A stretch of DNA of 38,120 nucleotides from Betaproteobacteria bacterium (lineage in GTDB: Bacteria; Pseudomonadota; Gammaproteobacteria; Burkholderiales; SG8-39). Under the pieces are notes generated by a model that was given only the letters and a program-made list of their open reading frames with translations, searched no databases and was not told the DNA's origin. The DNA lies in assembly GCA_031391655.1 (NCBI GenBank), contig JANMUO010000132.1, positions 1 to 38,120 on the forward strand. The letters are read 5' to 3'. Positions 10,897 to 21,980 of the stretch are shown here, piece after piece (position 1 is the first letter of the stretch; each line of letters begins with the position of its first letter). A program made the position numbers and the translations under genes.

Positions 10897-11008
10897 GCGT
10901 CAACCAGGCGTAGCGCAGGTACCTGCGCTCGCTGGTGAGCGCGTACATCAGGACACAGCCGGCGAGAGCCACTGCCACCAGCAGCCCGAGGGCGCGGAGC
11001 AGCAGCAC
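10823..11008 (-). CDS. Small hypothetical membrane protein (61 aa, two predicted TM helices)
   Basis: GTG directly follows the lpxC TAG; two hydrophobic stretches flank a basic loop (SERRYLRYAW); GC-ending codons in the non-overlapping part. Confidence 0.65.
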   Translation of the reverse strand: MLLLRALGLLVAVALAGCVLMYALTSERRYLRYAWLTLKYALFLFVLVLLLFFGERLLVAI

Positions 11009-11929
11009 CTAGGCGGGCTGCCACGCCAGGCTAAGGCCCGCAACGCCGGCAGGAGCCTCGCCCGCGCCCTCGAAACTGGCCATCTCCCAGGCGGCCGCCT
11101 CTGCCAGCAGCGCGCGCAGCAGCTTGTTGTTCAGCGCGTGGCCTGACTTGTGCGCCGTGAACGCCCCAAGCAGCGGCCGGCCGAGGAGATACAGGTCGCC
11201 GATCGCGTCGAGCACCTTGTGGCGGATGAACTCGTCGGCAAATCGCAGGCCTTCGGTATTGAGGAGGCGGTATTCGTCCAGCACCAGCGCGTTGTCCAGC
11301 CCGCCGCCCAGCGCCAGCCCGTCCTCGCGCAGCCGCTCGACCTCGTGCATGAAGCCGAAGGTGCGCGCGCGCGCGATTTCCTTCAGGTAGGAAGTTTCGG
11401 CGAAATCCACGGTGACCGATTGGCTGGTCTTCTCGATCACCGGGTGGTTGAACACGATGGAGAACGACAGGCGCAACCCTTCGTAGGGCTCGAGGCGGGC
11501 CCACTTGTCCCCCTCGCGCACCTCGACGAGCTGCTTGACGCGCAGGAAGCGCTTGGGCACCGGTTGCTCCTCCAGGCCAGCCTGCTGGATAAGCAGCGCG
11601 AAGGGCGCCGCGCTGCCGTCCATGATCGGCACTTCCGGGCCGTCAATGTCAATGTACGCGTTGTCCACCCCGAGTCCAGCCAGGGCGGACATCAGGTGCT
11701 CGACCGTGTAGATCTTCGCGCCCTGGTGCACGAGGCAGGACGAGAGGCGCGTCTCGCCGACCAGATCGGAACGAGCGGGGATATCCACCGGCGGCGCGAG
11801 ATCGACGCGGCGGAACACGATGCCGGTGTCCGGCTGCGCAGGGCGAAGCGAGATGTTGACTTGCTGGCCGGTGTGCAGGCCGACGCCGCGCGCGCGGATC
11901 AGGGACTTAAGGGTGCGTTGCCGGAGCAT
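11009..11929 (-). CDS. lpxC: UDP-3-O-acyl-N-acetylglucosamine deacetylase
   Basis: [55 protein letters not shown]. Confidence 0.98.
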   Translation of the reverse strand: MLRQRTLKSLIRARGVGLHTGQQVNISLRPAQPDTGIVFRRVDLAPPVDIPARSDLVGETRLSSCLVHQGAKIYTVEHLMSALAGLGVDNAYIDIDGPEVPIMDGSAAPFALLIQQAGLEEQPVPKRFLRVKQLVEVREGDKWARLEPYEGLRLSFSIVFNHPVIEKTSQSVTVDFAETSYLKEIARARTFGFMHEVERLREDGLALGGGLDNALVLDEYRLLNTEGLRFADEFIRHKVLDAIGDLYLLGRPLLGAFTAHKSGHALNNKLLRALLAEAAAWEMASFEGAGEAPAGVAGLSLAWQPA

Positions 11930-11954
11930 GCGTAACTTCTTGAGCGAAGGGCGG

Positions 11955-11963
11955 ATTCTAGCA
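11955..11963 (-). promoter_or_regulatory. Putative extended -10 promoter element for lpxC (TGcTAGAAT)
   Basis: Minus strand TGCTAGAAT about 25 nt upstream of the lpxC ATG. Confidence 0.55.
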
Positions 11964-11964
11964 G

Positions 11965-12018
11965 ACGGGAACGGCGCAGCGGCTCCGGCAAGGAGGAAGG
12001 AAGCGCTGCGCCGCCCGT
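11965..12018. repeat. Inverted repeat / stem-loop between ftsZ and lpxC
   Basis: CGGCGCAGCG (11972-11981) and CGCTGCGCCG (12004-12013) form a perfect 10-bp stem, extended by ACGGG/CCCGT across a 2-nt bulge; no U-tract. Confidence 0.5.
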
Positions 12019-12031
12019 GCTGAGGGCCGGA

Positions 12032-13198
12032 TCAGTCGGCCTGTTTTCGCAGGAAGGCAGGAATGTCGTACTTGTCCACTCCGCTCTGCTGCAGCGCCTC
12101 GACCGTCGAGGCGCGGTTGCGCCGGATCACGGCCGGCACCGATTCCAGCTGGTTGTAGTCCACCGCGCCTGCCGCCACCAGCGGCTGGTTGTCCGTGCCG
12201 GTCTTCTGCGATACGACCAGTTGCGGCTTGGGCTGGCGGGCCGCGATCGGCGCACCGAGGCCGGTGGCGACCACCGTCACGCGAAGCTCGTCACCCAGTT
12301 CGTCGTCGTAGACGCCGCCATAGATGATCGTGGCGTCGTCGGCGGCGAAAGCCCGCACAGTGTTCATCACCTCCTTGGTCTCGCGCAGTTTGAGGCTGGC
12401 GCGCGAGGCGCTGATGTTGACCAGCACGCCGCGCGCGCCGGCCAGGTTCACGCCTTCCAGCAGCGGGCAGGCGATGGCCTGTTCTGCTGCAATGCGCGCC
12501 CGGTCGATGCCGCTGGCTGCAGCCGATCCCATCATTGCCATGCCCTGCTCCGACATCACCGTGCGCACGTCCTGGAAGTCCACGTTCACCAGGCCGGGCT
12601 GGTTGATGATCTCGGCGATGCCGGCGACCGCGCTGTTGAGCACGTCGTCGGCGGCCTTGAACGCTTCTTCCTGCGTCACGTCCTCGCCCAGGACTTCCTC
12701 CAGCTTGTCGTTGAGGATCACGATGAGCGAGTCCACGTGCGGCGCCATCTCCTGCAGACCCTGCTCGGCGATCTTCATGCGCTTGGAGCCTTCGAAGGAA
12801 AATGGCTTGGTCACCACCGCCACCGTGAGGATGCCAAGCGTGCGCGCGACCTCCGCGATCACCGGTCCAGCGCCGGTCCCGGTGCCCCCGCCCATGCCCG
12901 CGGTGATGAACACCATGTGCGCCCCGGCAATCGCCTCCTCGATGCGCTCGCGGTCCGCGATCGCCACTGCGCGGGCCTCCTCGGGCTTGGCGCCCGCCCC
13001 GAGCCCGCTCGAGCCGAGCTGGATCTGGTTGCGCGACTTGTTGCGCCCGAGCACCTGCGCGTCGGTGTTGACGGCGATGAACTCCACGCCCTCGACGCCC
13101 TGCTCGATCATGTGGTTCACGGCGTTGCCGCCGGCGCCACCGACCCCGACCACCTTGATGACCGGACCTGCCGTCTGACTATCTACGATCTCGAACAT
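12032..13198 (-). CDS. ftsZ: Cell division GTPase FtsZ
   Basis: ATG at 13198 after an AGGAGG RBS; GVGGAGGNAV, tubulin signature GGGTGTG, NVDFQDV, C-terminal DIPAFLRKQAD. Confidence 0.99.
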   Translation of the reverse strand: MFEIVDSQTAGPVIKVVGVGGAGGNAVNHMIEQGVEGVEFIAVNTDAQVLGRNKSRNQIQLGSSGLGAGAKPEEARAVAIADRERIEEAIAGAHMVFITAGMGGGTGTGAGPVIAEVARTLGILTVAVVTKPFSFEGSKRMKIAEQGLQEMAPHVDSLIVILNDKLEEVLGEDVTQEEAFKAADDVLNSAVAGIAEIINQPGLVNVDFQDVRTVMSEQGMAMMGSAAASGIDRARIAAEQAIACPLLEGVNLAGARGVLVNISASRASLKLRETKEVMNTVRAFAADDATIIYGGVYDDELGDELRVTVVATGLGAPIAARQPKPQLVVSQKTGTDNQPLVAAGAVDYNQLESVPAVIRRNRASTVEALQQSGVDKYDIPAFLRKQAD

Positions 13199-13229
13199 TT
13201 GTATTTCCTCCTTGCCAGTGAGAACAACG

Positions 13230-14459
13230 TCAAAAATTCCTCTGGAACCACTCGCGCATGCGTCCAAGCACCGCACGCACCGATCCGTCCTGCCGCGAAA
13301 GCTGCCCCTGTCTGACCTGCTGCACGCCTTCCAGCAGCAGCCCAACTGCCGTGGCGTAACGCGGGTTGCGCACCACGTCCGCCAATCCCCCGGCGTAGCG
13401 TGGGATGCCGATGCGCACCGGCATGTGGAAGATCTCCTCGCCAAGCTCGACCATGCCTTGCATCACCGCGCTGCCACCGGTGAGCACCACGCCCGAGGAC
13501 AGCAACTCCTCGAAACCGGATTCGCGCAGCACCTGCTGCACCAGCGAGAACAGCTCCTCGACACGCGGCTCGATCACCTCGGCGAGGGTCTGGCGCGACA
13601 TCACGCGCGGGCCGCGGTCGCCGATGCCCGGCACCTCGATCATCTCGTTCGGGTCGGCGAGCTGGCGCAACGCCACGCCCTTGCGCACCTTGATCAGCTC
13701 GGCCTCGGCAGTCGGCGTGCGCAGCGCCATGGCGATGTCGTTGGTGATCTGGTCGCCGGCGATCGGGATCACCGCCGTGTGGCGGATCGCCCCATGGGTG
13801 AACACCGCGATGTCGCTGGTGCCGCCTCCGATGTCCACCAGGCACACGCCGAGGTCCTTCTCGTCCTCGGACAGCACTGCGCGCGAGGAGGCAAGCGGCT
13901 GCAGGATCAGGTCGTTCACCTCCAGGCCGCAGCGGCGCACGCACTTGACGATGTTCTGCGCCGCCGACACCGCGCCGGTGACGATGTGCACCTTCACTTC
14001 CAGGCGCACGCCGGACATGCCGATCGGCTCGCGCACGTCCTCCTGCCCGTCGATGATGAACTCCTGGCGCAGGACATGGAGGATCTGCTGGTCGGTGGGA
14101 ATGTTGACCGCCTTGGCGGTCTCGATGGCGCGCTCCACGTCGAGCGCGCTCACCTCGCGATCCTTGATCGCCACCATGCCGGTGGAGTTGAAGCTCTTGA
14201 TGTGGCTGCCGGCGATGCCGGTGAAGGCCGAGGCGATCTTGCAATCGGCCATCAGTTCGGCTTCTTCGAGGGCGCGCTGCAACGCGTTGACGGTGGACTC
14301 GATGTTCACCACCACGCCCTTTTTCAGCCCCTTGGACTCGTGCCCGCCCATGCCGAGGATCTCGAGCGAGCCGTCGGCGCGCAGCTCGGCCACCAGCGCG
14401 GCCACCTTGGAGGTGCCGATGTCGAGCGCGACGACGAGGTTCTTGGTTTCCTTTGCCAT
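13230..14459 (-). CDS. ftsA: Cell division protein FtsA
   Basis: LDIGTSKV, VDIGGGTSD, VLTGG, YATAVGLL and amphipathic C-terminus MREWFQRNF. Confidence 0.98.
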   Translation of the reverse strand: MAKETKNLVVALDIGTSKVAALVAELRADGSLEILGMGGHESKGLKKGVVVNIESTVNALQRALEEAELMADCKIASAFTGIAGSHIKSFNSTGMVAIKDREVSALDVERAIETAKAVNIPTDQQILHVLRQEFIIDGQEDVREPIGMSGVRLEVKVHIVTGAVSAAQNIVKCVRRCGLEVNDLILQPLASSRAVLSEDEKDLGVCLVDIGGGTSDIAVFTHGAIRHTAVIPIAGDQITNDIAMALRTPTAEAELIKVRKGVALRQLADPNEMIEVPGIGDRGPRVMSRQTLAEVIEPRVEELFSLVQQVLRESGFEELLSSGVVLTGGSAVMQGMVELGEEIFHMPVRIGIPRYAGGLADVVRNPRYATAVGLLLEGVQQVRQGQLSRQDGSVRAVLGRMREWFQRNF

Positions 14460-14462
14460 GTC

Positions 14463-15203
14463 TCAGCCGCCCTTCACGGCCGGCACGCGCAAGGCGAAGC
14501 CGTTCGGATAGCGCAGGTCGACGTAGCCGTTTGGAACGCCTTCGGGCGTTGGCTTTCGCTGCATCCTTCCCAACGTCTGTGGGTACACCGCGACGAAGCG
14601 CTCCAGGCGCCGGTCCACGGGGTCGCCGGGTGTGTCGCGGCCAAGTTCGAGCGTCAAGCCGCCGCCTAGGCGCGCCTGCCAGGCAAGGCGTGGCGACAGG
14701 ACCAGCGCTTCGAGCTGCGCGCCGAGCGGAGCCAGCAACTTGAGGAAGCGGCGATAACGCAGCGTCACCTCGCCCTCGCTCCCGCTCGGGCCCGCGAACA
14801 ACGGCAGCGGCGCATCGCTTTTGCCGGTAAAGCGCTCGCCTTGCTCGTTCACCAGGCCAAGGTCGCCCCAGCGCGCCAACGGCACGTGCTCTTCCAGCGT
14901 CACCTCGAGCGTGTCAGGCCAGACGCGGCGTACCTGAGCGCGGCGCACCCAGGGCAGCTGCTCGAGCGCCGAGCGCGGCTGCGCCAAATCCATCGCGAAG
15001 AAGTTGCCCTCGATGCGCCCGCGGATTGCCCGTTCGACCTCTGCGCTCGTGGTGTGCGCCAGCTTGCCGCGCAGTTCCACCTCGCGCAGCGGGAACAGCG
15101 GCGAGCGCAGCAGCAGCTGCATGGCGCCGACGGCGAACACCAGCAACGCGAGCGCAGTGAGCGCTCCCGCCGCGGCGTTGAGCAGGCGCGGGTTATCCCA
15201 CAT
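14463..15203 (-). CDS. ftsQ: Cell division protein FtsQ
   Basis: MWDNPRLLN start, single [22 protein letters not shown]-terminal [11 protein letters not shown]. Confidence 0.93.
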   Translation of the reverse strand: MWDNPRLLNAAAGALTALALLVFAVGAMQLLLRSPLFPLREVELRGKLAHTTSAEVERAIRGRIEGNFFAMDLAQPRSALEQLPWVRRAQVRRVWPDTLEVTLEEHVPLARWGDLGLVNEQGERFTGKSDAPLPLFAGPSGSEGEVTLRYRRFLKLLAPLGAQLEALVLSPRLAWQARLGGGLTLELGRDTPGDPVDRRLERFVAVYPQTLGRMQRKPTPEGVPNGYVDLRYPNGFALRVPAVKGG

Positions 15204-16095
15204 GGCTGCCCTCCAGGATCCGCGTGCACAGGTCCTCATAGGAAATGCCGACTGCGCGGGCCGCCATCGGCACCAGGCTGTGGCCGGTCATGCCCGGCGA
15301 GGTATTCACCTCGAGTAGCCAGGGCGCGCCCGCGGCATCGAGCATCAGGTCCACCCGTCCCCATCCGGTGCCGCCGACAAGCTGGAAAGACTTCAGCGCC
15401 AGTGCCTTCAGCGCGGCTTCCTTGGCGGCCGGCAGGCCGCAGGGGCACAGGTATTTCGTGCCGTCGCCGAAGTACTTGTTCTGGTAGTCGTAGTTGCCCT
15501 GCGGCGCCTCGATGCGGATCAGGGGCAGCACCGCATCGCCGAGGATGCTGGCGGTGTACTCGGGGCCGTCGACGAAGCTCTCCGCGAGGGCGAGGTCGTG
15601 GTATTTCTCGGTCGCGAGCCGGTAGGCCTCCGGCAGCTGCGAGGCCGCCGTCACCTTGGTCAGGCCGAGCGTGGAGCCTTCGTTCGCCGGCTTGACGACC
15701 AGCGGCAGCCCAAGGTCGCGCGCGACGGCGTTCCAGTCGTCGCCCGCCGCAAGGATGCGGTAGCGGGGCGTCGGCAGGCCCGCCGCGAGCCAGATCATCT
15801 TGGTGCGCCACTTGTCCATCGCGATCGCCGAGCCGAGCACGCCGCTTCCCGTATAGGGCAGGCCCATCACCTCCAGCGCGCCCTGCAGCGTTCCGTCTTC
15901 GCCGCCGCGGCCGTGCAGCGCGATGAAGCAGCGCGCAAAGCCCTCGCGCTTGAGTTCCATCAGGTCGCGCTCCGCCGGGTCGAACGCGTGCGCATCCACG
16001 CCCTTCGAGCGCAGTGCCTTGAGCACGCCGGCGCCGCTCATGAGGGACACCTCGCGCTCGGCGGACCGGCCGCCCATGAGGACGGCGACCTTCAT
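15193..16095 (-). CDS. ddl: D-alanine--D-alanine ligase
   Basis: [37 protein letters not shown]; ATGA overlap with murB. Confidence 0.97.
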   Translation of the reverse strand: MKVAVLMGGRSAEREVSLMSGAGVLKALRSKGVDAHAFDPAERDLMELKREGFARCFIALHGRGGEDGTLQGALEVMGLPYTGSGVLGSAIAMDKWRTKMIWLAAGLPTPRYRILAAGDDWNAVARDLGLPLVVKPANEGSTLGLTKVTAASQLPEAYRLATEKYHDLALAESFVDGPEYTASILGDAVLPLIRIEAPQGNYDYQNKYFGDGTKYLCPCGLPAAKEAALKALALKSFQLVGGTGWGRVDLMLDAAGAPWLLEVNTSPGMTGHSLVPMAARAVGISYEDLCTRILEGSHVG

Positions 16096-17015
16096 GCGCG
16101 CTCCCCGACGATGCGCACTTCGGGCACCAGCGCGATCGACGTGCGCTCGAGCACCCGCGCGCGCACCTCCTCGATGAGCCACTCGAGGTCCGACGCGCGC
16201 GCCGCGCCCTTCGGGTTGACGATGAAGTTGGCATGCTTCTCCGACACGCGCGCGCCGCCGCGCTCCAACCCTTTCAGCCCGCAGGACTCGATCAGCCGCG
16301 CCGCGTGGTCACCCGGCGGATTGCGGAACACGCTGCCCGCGTTGGGCAGCGACAACGGCTGGGACGCGATGCGTTTCTCGAGCAGCTCGCGGATGCGTGC
16401 ACGCGAGGCCTCCCCGTCGCCCCTGGCCAGGTCGAACCAGGCGCCGGCGAACCACTCGCTCTCGCCGATGCGCCCTGCGCCTTTCAGCGCGCAGTGGCGG
16501 TAGCCAAGGTCGAACTCTTCCTTTGCGCGTGTGCGGACCTGGCCGCGCCGGTCGACGGTGACCACCCGCTCGACGACCTCCCAGGTCTCACCCCCGTAGC
16601 AGCCCGCGTTCATTGCCAGCGCGCCACCGACCGTTCCGGGAATGCCCGCGAGGAACTCGGCGCCAGCAAATTCGTTGCGCGCGGCAAAGCGCGCCACTTT
16701 CGGGCTCGCCACGCCGGCATCTGCGTAGACGCGGCCGACGACCAGCTCCGGATGGCTCGCGGCCGAATGGGTCAGGACCACCGTGCCCGCGAAGCCGCCG
16801 TCGCGCACCAGCAGGTTGGAGCCCAGGCCCACGAACAACAACGGTTCCGCCGCCGGCAGTTGGCGCAGGAACAACGCGAGGTCCTCAAGGTCGGCGGGGG
16901 CAAAGAAGCGCTCGGCTGCGCCGCCTGCGCGCCAGCTGACATGGCGCGCCATCGGCTCGCCGGCCCTGAGCTCGCCACGCAACCCTTCCAGTCGGAGCAC
17001 GTCCGCCATGTTCAT
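16092..17015 (-). CDS. murB: UDP-N-acetylenolpyruvoylglucosamine reductase
   Basis: [52 protein letters not shown]; ATG at 17015 overlaps the murC stop. Confidence 0.96.
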   Translation of the reverse strand: MNMADVLRLEGLRGELRAGEPMARHVSWRAGGAAERFFAPADLEDLALFLRQLPAAEPLLFVGLGSNLLVRDGGFAGTVVLTHSAASHPELVVGRVYADAGVASPKVARFAARNEFAGAEFLAGIPGTVGGALAMNAGCYGGETWEVVERVVTVDRRGQVRTRAKEEFDLGYRHCALKGAGRIGESEWFAGAWFDLARGDGEASRARIRELLEKRIASQPLSLPNAGSVFRNPPGDHAARLIESCGLKGLERGGARVSEKHANFIVNPKGAARASDLEWLIEEVRARVLERTSIALVPEVRIVGERA

Positions 17016-18388
17016 GTCAGTTGCGCGGCCACGCCGCTGATCGAACCCGCGCCCATGGTGAGCACCACGTCGCCGTCCTGCGCGAGGCGCAGCAGCGCCG
17101 CGCCAACCTGCGACACCTCCTCGACGAACAGCGGCTCCACCTTGCCCGCGACGCGCATGGCGCGCGCCAGCGAGCGGCCGTCCGCGGCGACGATCGCCGG
17201 CTCGCCCGCCGCATAGACCTCGCAGAGCAGCACCGCGTCCGCGGTCGCGAGCACGCGCACGAAATCCTCGAACAGGTCCCGCGTGCGGGTATAGCGATGG
17301 GGCTGGAAGGCGAGCACGATGCGCCGGCCGGGAAACGCGCCGCGCGCGGCGGCGAGCGTCGCCGCCATCTCGGCCGGATGGTGGCCGTAGTCGTCGACCA
17401 GGGTAAAGCTGCCGCCGCCCGCGAGCGGGACCTCGCCATAGCGCTGGAAGCGCCGGCCCACGCCGCGAAACTCGGCGAGCGCCTTGAGGATCGCCGCGTC
17501 CGGGACGCCCAGCTCGGTGCCCACGCCAATCGCGGCGAGCGCGTTCTGCACGTTGTGCGCCCCGGGCAGATTGAGCGACGCCTCCAGCGCCGGGCGCTTG
17601 TCCCTCAGCACGGTGAAGCGCATGCTGCCGGCCGCGTGCACGAGATTCTCGGCACGCATCATGGCGTCGGCGGCAAACCCGTAGGTCAGCACCGGCTTGG
17701 TGACGAATGGCAGGATCTCGCGCACGCTGGCGTCGTCGGCGCACAGGATGGCGCTGCCGTAGAAGGGCAGGTTCTGCAGGAAGCTGACGAAGGCCTGTTT
17801 CAGGCGCGCGAAATCGTGCTGGTAGGTTTCCATGTGGTCGGCGTCGATGTTGGTCACCACCGCCACGACCGGTTGCAGGTGCAGGAAGGAAGCGTCCGAC
17901 TCGTCGGCCTCCACCACGATGTACTCGCCCTGCCCCAGGCGCGCGTTCGACCCGGCCGCGTTCAGGCGCCCGCCGATGACGAACGTCGGATCGAGCCCGC
18001 CTTCGGCGAGCACGCTCGCCACCAGGCTGGTCGTGGTGGTCTTGCCGTGCGTGCCGGCGATCGCCACGCCCTGCTTGAGGCGCATCAGCTCGGCGAGCAT
18101 CAGCGCGCGCGGCACCACCGGGACGCGCTTGGCGCGCGCCGCCACCACCTCGGGGTTGTCGCCGCGCACCGCGCTCGACACCACGACCGCGTCGGCGCCG
18201 TTGATGTTCGTTGACGCATGGCTCAGCGCTACGCGCGCGCCCAGCTCGCGCAACCGGCGCGTCGCCGCATTGTCGGCGAGGTCGGAGCCGCTGACCTGGT
18301 AGCCGAGATTGGCGAGGACCTCGGCGATGCCGCTCATGCCGGAACCCCCGATGCCCACAAAGTGAATGTGGCGGACCTTGTGCTTCAT
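17012..18388 (-). CDS. murC: UDP-N-acetylmuramate--L-alanine ligase
   Basis: [42 protein letters not shown]. Confidence 0.98.
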   Translation of the reverse strand: MKHKVRHIHFVGIGGSGMSGIAEVLANLGYQVSGSDLADNAATRRLRELGARVALSHASTNINGADAVVVSSAVRGDNPEVVAARAKRVPVVPRALMLAELMRLKQGVAIAGTHGKTTTTSLVASVLAEGGLDPTFVIGGRLNAAGSNARLGQGEYIVVEADESDASFLHLQPVVAVVTNIDADHMETYQHDFARLKQAFVSFLQNLPFYGSAILCADDASVREILPFVTKPVLTYGFAADAMMRAENLVHAAGSMRFTVLRDKRPALEASLNLPGAHNVQNALAAIGVGTELGVPDAAILKALAEFRGVGRRFQRYGEVPLAGGGSFTLVDDYGHHPAEMAATLAAARGAFPGRRIVLAFQPHRYTRTRDLFEDFVRVLATADAVLLCEVYAAGEPAIVAADGRSLARAMRVAGKVEPLFVEEVSQVGAALLRLAQDGDVVLTMGAGSISGVAAQLT

Positions 18389-19437
18389 CGCGCCAGCTCC
18401 ATGCAACGTTCGGCGACGATGCGTGCCGCATCGGGTTTGCCCAGGCCGCGGGCTTTGCGCGCCATCTCGAGCAGGCGCGGACGGTCCAGCGTGCGCAGCA
18501 GCGCCGCGAGGCTCTCGGGCGCCAGGTCGGCCTGCGGCAGCAGGATGGCTGCGCCCTGGTCGGCGAGGTAGCGCGCATTGGCAGTCTGGTGGTCGTCAAC
18601 CGCATGCGGGAAGGGAACCAGCACGCTCGCCACGCCGCCCGCCGAGAGCTCCGCCACCGTCATCGCGCCGGCGCGGCAGATCACCAGGTCGGCCTCGGCG
18701 TAGCGCCGCGCCACGTCGTCGATAAAGGGCGTGAGCTCTCCCTGCACGCCGGCGGCGGCGTAGGCCGCGCGCAGCGCCGCGTAGTTCTTCTCGCCCGACT
18801 GGTGCACCACCGAGGGCCTCGGCTCGAGCAGCGCGATTGCCCGGGGAACGCACTCGTTGAGCGCCTGCGCGCCGCCCGAGCCGCCCACCACCAGGAGCTT
18901 GAGGGGGCCGCTGCGCCGGGCGTAGCGGTCGGCCGGCTCCATGAGCCCGGCGATCTCCACCCTCACTGGATTGCCGGTCCACTCCGCGCCCTTCAACGCC
19001 AGCGGAAAGGCGGTCATGGTCTTGTCGGCGACCCCGGCCAGGATGCGGTTAGTGAGGCCGGCAATGGCGTTTTGCTCGTGCACCGCGAGGGGCCGCGCCA
19101 GGAGCGACGCCATCATGCCGCCGGGAAACGCGACGTAGCCGCCCATGCCGAGCACCACATCCGGGCGGAGGCGAAAGATCGCGCGTGCAGCCTGCCAGAA
19201 GCCGACGAGGAGGTTGAACGGCAGCAACAGCGCCGCCAGCATGCCCTTGCCGCGGATCGCCGCGGCGCGGATGGCGGCCAGTTCATAGCCGCGCGCAGCG
19301 ACCAGCCGCGCTTCCATGCCCGCGCGCGTGCCCATCCACACCACGTGCCAGCCGCGCTCGCGCAGCACGTCGGCCACCGCCAGGCCGGGAAACACGTGGC
19401 CGCCGGTGCCGCCCGCCATGATCAGCGCGGTCCTCAT
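18385..19437 (-). CDS. murG: Lipid II N-acetylglucosaminyl transferase
   Basis: [36 protein letters not shown]. Confidence 0.98.
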   Translation of the reverse strand: MRTALIMAGGTGGHVFPGLAVADVLRERGWHVVWMGTRAGMEARLVAARGYELAAIRAAAIRGKGMLAALLLPFNLLVGFWQAARAIFRLRPDVVLGMGGYVAFPGGMMASLLARPLAVHEQNAIAGLTNRILAGVADKTMTAFPLALKGAEWTGNPVRVEIAGLMEPADRYARRSGPLKLLVVGGSGGAQALNECVPRAIALLEPRPSVVHQSGEKNYAALRAAYAAAGVQGELTPFIDDVARRYAEADLVICRAGAMTVAELSAGGVASVLVPFPHAVDDHQTANARYLADQGAAILLPQADLAPESLAALLRTLDRPRLLEMARKARGLGKPDAARIVAERCMELAR

Positions 19438-20597
19438 GCGTGCAGCCCCCGCGCCAGCTGGCGGTTTTCCCAGTCGATGCGCAGCAGGATGGCGAGCGCG
19501 AGGCAGTTCACCACCAGCCCGGACCCGCCAAAGCTCATCAACGGCAGGGTCAGGCCCTTGGTCGGCAGCAGGCCCATGTTCACGCCCATGTTGATCAGCG
19601 CCTGGAAGCCGATCCACACGCCGATGCCCTGCGCGGCGAGGGAGGCGAAGTGCCGCTCGCGCAACGCAGACTGCCGGCCGATGGCGAAGGCGCGCATCAC
19701 CAGCCAGACGAAGAGCGCGATCACCAGCGCGACCCCGACCAGGCCGAGTTCCTCGGCGATCACGGCCAGCAGGAAGTCCGTGTGCGCCTCGGGCAGGTAG
19801 TGCAGCTTCTCCACGCTCGCTCCCAGGCCCACGCCCAGCCATTCGCCGCGCCCGAAGGCGATCAGCGCGTGCGACAGCTGGTAGCCCTTGCCGAAGGGAT
19901 CGGTCCAGGGATCCATGAAGCCGAAGATGCGCTGCATGCGGTACTCGGAGGTCAGCACCAGCAGCGCGAAGCCGAGCCCCAGCATCGCGCCGAGCGCCGC
20001 GAAATGGCGCATGTTCATGCCGCCGAGGAACAGGATGCCGAAGGTGGTGACCGCAATCACCACCAGCGCGCCGAAGTCCGGCTCGCGCAGCAGGAGCCAC
20101 GAGACGAACATCATGACCGCCAGCATCGGCAGCAGCCCGCGACGGAAGCTCTTCATCACCGCGTGCTTGCGCACGGTGTAGTCGGCGGCATAGAGCACCG
20201 CGGCGAGCTTCATCAGTTCCGAAGGCTGCATGGTGATCGCCCCCAGGTTGATCCAGCGGCGCGCGCCGTTCACTTCGCGCCCGATGCCGGGAACCAGCAC
20301 CAGCACCAGGAGCACCACGCCGGCGAGGAACAGCCAGGGCGCGCCCTTCTGCCAGTAGCGCACCGGCACCAGGAAAACCGCCGTCGCCGCAGCGAGCGCC
20401 GCGGTGAGGAACACGGAGTGCCGCAGCAGGTAGTACGCCGCGTTGCTGCCGGAATAGCGGCTCGCCTCGGCGGTCGAGATCGACGCCGAATACACCATCA
20501 CGAGGCCGATCGCGAGCAGCAGCAGCGCCGCCCAGGCGAGCGAGCGGTCGTACTCGGGCGCGGCGGCATCCTTGGCGAAAACGTAGGTTGCGCTCAT
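19434..20597 (-). CDS. ftsW: SEDS peptidoglycan glycosyltransferase FtsW
   Basis: [41 protein letters not shown]. Confidence 0.97.
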   Translation of the reverse strand: MSATYVFAKDAAAPEYDRSLAWAALLLLAIGLVMVYSASISTAEASRYSGSNAAYYLLRHSVFLTAALAAATAVFLVPVRYWQKGAPWLFLAGVVLLVLVLVPGIGREVNGARRWINLGAITMQPSELMKLAAVLYAADYTVRKHAVMKSFRRGLLPMLAVMMFVSWLLLREPDFGALVVIAVTTFGILFLGGMNMRHFAALGAMLGLGFALLVLTSEYRMQRIFGFMDPWTDPFGKGYQLSHALIAFGRGEWLGVGLGASVEKLHYLPEAHTDFLLAVIAEELGLVGVALVIALFVWLVMRAFAIGRQSALRERHFASLAAQGIGVWIGFQALINMGVNMGLLPTKGLTLPLMSFGGSGLVVNCLALAILLRIDWENRQLARGLHA

Positions 20598-20598
20598 C

Positions 20599-21978
20599 TC
20601 AGGCGCCCAGCGCCGCCACCGCGTCGGCGAAGGCCTCGCCGCGGTGCCGGTAGTCGCGAAACATGTCGAAGCTCGCGCACGCGGGCGACAGCAGCACGGC
20701 TTGCCCGGGCTGCGCAAGCTGCGCAGCGCGCGCGACCGCCTGCTCCAGCGTCGTGCAGCGTTCCTGCGGCACGCCGCTGGCGGCAAGCGAGCTCTCGATC
20801 AGCGCCGCATCGCGCCCGATCAGCAGCACGTGGCACGCATGTGCAGCGACCACCGGCGCGAGGGGGGCGAAATCCTGTCCCTTGCCATCCCCGCCCGCGA
20901 TGAGCAGCGCCGGCCTGCCCAGGCCGCGCAGTGCCGCGATCGTCGCGCCGACATTGGTGCCCTTGGAATCGTCGTACCAGGCGACGCCGGCGCGCTCGGC
21001 CACCAGCTGCAACCGGTGCGGCAGCCCGCGAAACGTGCGCAGCCCCTGCGCCAGCGCTTCGCGCGAGGCGCCGAGCGAGCGCGCGAGCGCGCAGGCGGCA
21101 AGCGCGTTGGCGGTATTGTGCGCGCCGTGTAACTGCAGTTCGGCGAGCGGCAGCACTGGCAGGGCGCCTTCGCGGATCGATCCACCCGCGATGCCCCAGT
21201 GACCTTCAGCGCCCGGCTCGCCAAGCCCGAAGGTCACCTGCTCCCTGCCCGGCAGCGCCTGCGCCATCGAGCGCGCGTCGTCGCGGTTGAGCACCTGCAC
21301 GCCCTCGCCCTGGAAGATGCGCGCCTTCGCGGCGCCGTATTCGTCCAGGCCCGCGTAGCGGTCGAGATGGTCTTCGCTGAGGTTGAGCAGCGCCGCGGCG
21401 TCCGGCTCGAGTGACCACGTGGTCTCCAGCTGGTAGCTGGAGAGTTCGAGCACCCAGGCCGCAGGCGGCGCCTTGCGCGCCACCAGCGCGGCCAGGGCCG
21501 CGGGGCCGATGTTGCCCGCGACCTCGCAGTCGATGCCCGCGGCCCGCAGCAGGTGGCCGGTGAGCGCCGTCACGGTGGTCTTGCCGTTGGTGCCAGTGAC
21601 CGCAAGCACGCGCGCAGCCGGATCGCCGCGAACCTGCCATGCAAAAAGCTCGATATCGCCGAGGACCGGGATGCCCTGCGCCACTGCCGCCTGCACCACA
21701 GGCTCGCGCAGCGACAGGCCGGGGCTGATGCAGACCAGGTCGACGCCTTCCAGCAGCGCGGGCGCGAACGCGCCGATTCGCAGTTCGCCGGCGTAGTCCT
21801 TCGCGCGGGGCGGCTCGGCGCGCGTGTCCGCCGCCCTGACGATGCCGCCCTGCAGCTGCACCCAGCGCGCCGCCGACAGGCCGCTGTCGCCCAGGCCCAG
21901 CACCAGCACGCGCCGGCCGGCGAGCGCCAACGGCTGTGGGCGCGGCAGGAGACTGAAGAGGGGTTCGCGCATCGACAT
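20599..21978 (-). CDS. murD: UDP-N-acetylmuramoyl-L-alanine--D-glutamate ligase
   Basis: [44 protein letters not shown]. Start at 21978 or 21972. Confidence 0.97.
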   Translation of the reverse strand: MSMREPLFSLLPRPQPLALAGRRVLVLGLGDSGLSAARWVQLQGGIVRAADTRAEPPRAKDYAGELRIGAFAPALLEGVDLVCISPGLSLREPVVQAAVAQGIPVLGDIELFAWQVRGDPAARVLAVTGTNGKTTVTALTGHLLRAAGIDCEVAGNIGPAALAALVARKAPPAAWVLELSSYQLETTWSLEPDAAALLNLSEDHLDRYAGLDEYGAAKARIFQGEGVQVLNRDDARSMAQALPGREQVTFGLGEPGAEGHWGIAGGSIREGALPVLPLAELQLHGAHNTANALAACALARSLGASREALAQGLRTFRGLPHRLQLVAERAGVAWYDDSKGTNVGATIAALRGLGRPALLIAGGDGKGQDFAPLAPVVAAHACHVLLIGRDAALIESSLAASGVPQERCTTLEQAVARAAQLAQPGQAVLLSPACASFDMFRDYRHRGEAFADAVAALGA

Positions 21979-21980
21979 GG

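Noticed and set aside
16092-18605. 837-aa ORF suggesting a MurB fusion (similar cases: 817-aa murD, 571-aa murG, 543-aa mraY, 470-aa ftsZ ORFs)
   Set aside because: The extensions are Arg/Gly/Ala-rich off-frame readings of the upstream genes, expected in high-GC DNA. Conserved motifs begin at internal ATGs next to the upstream stops.
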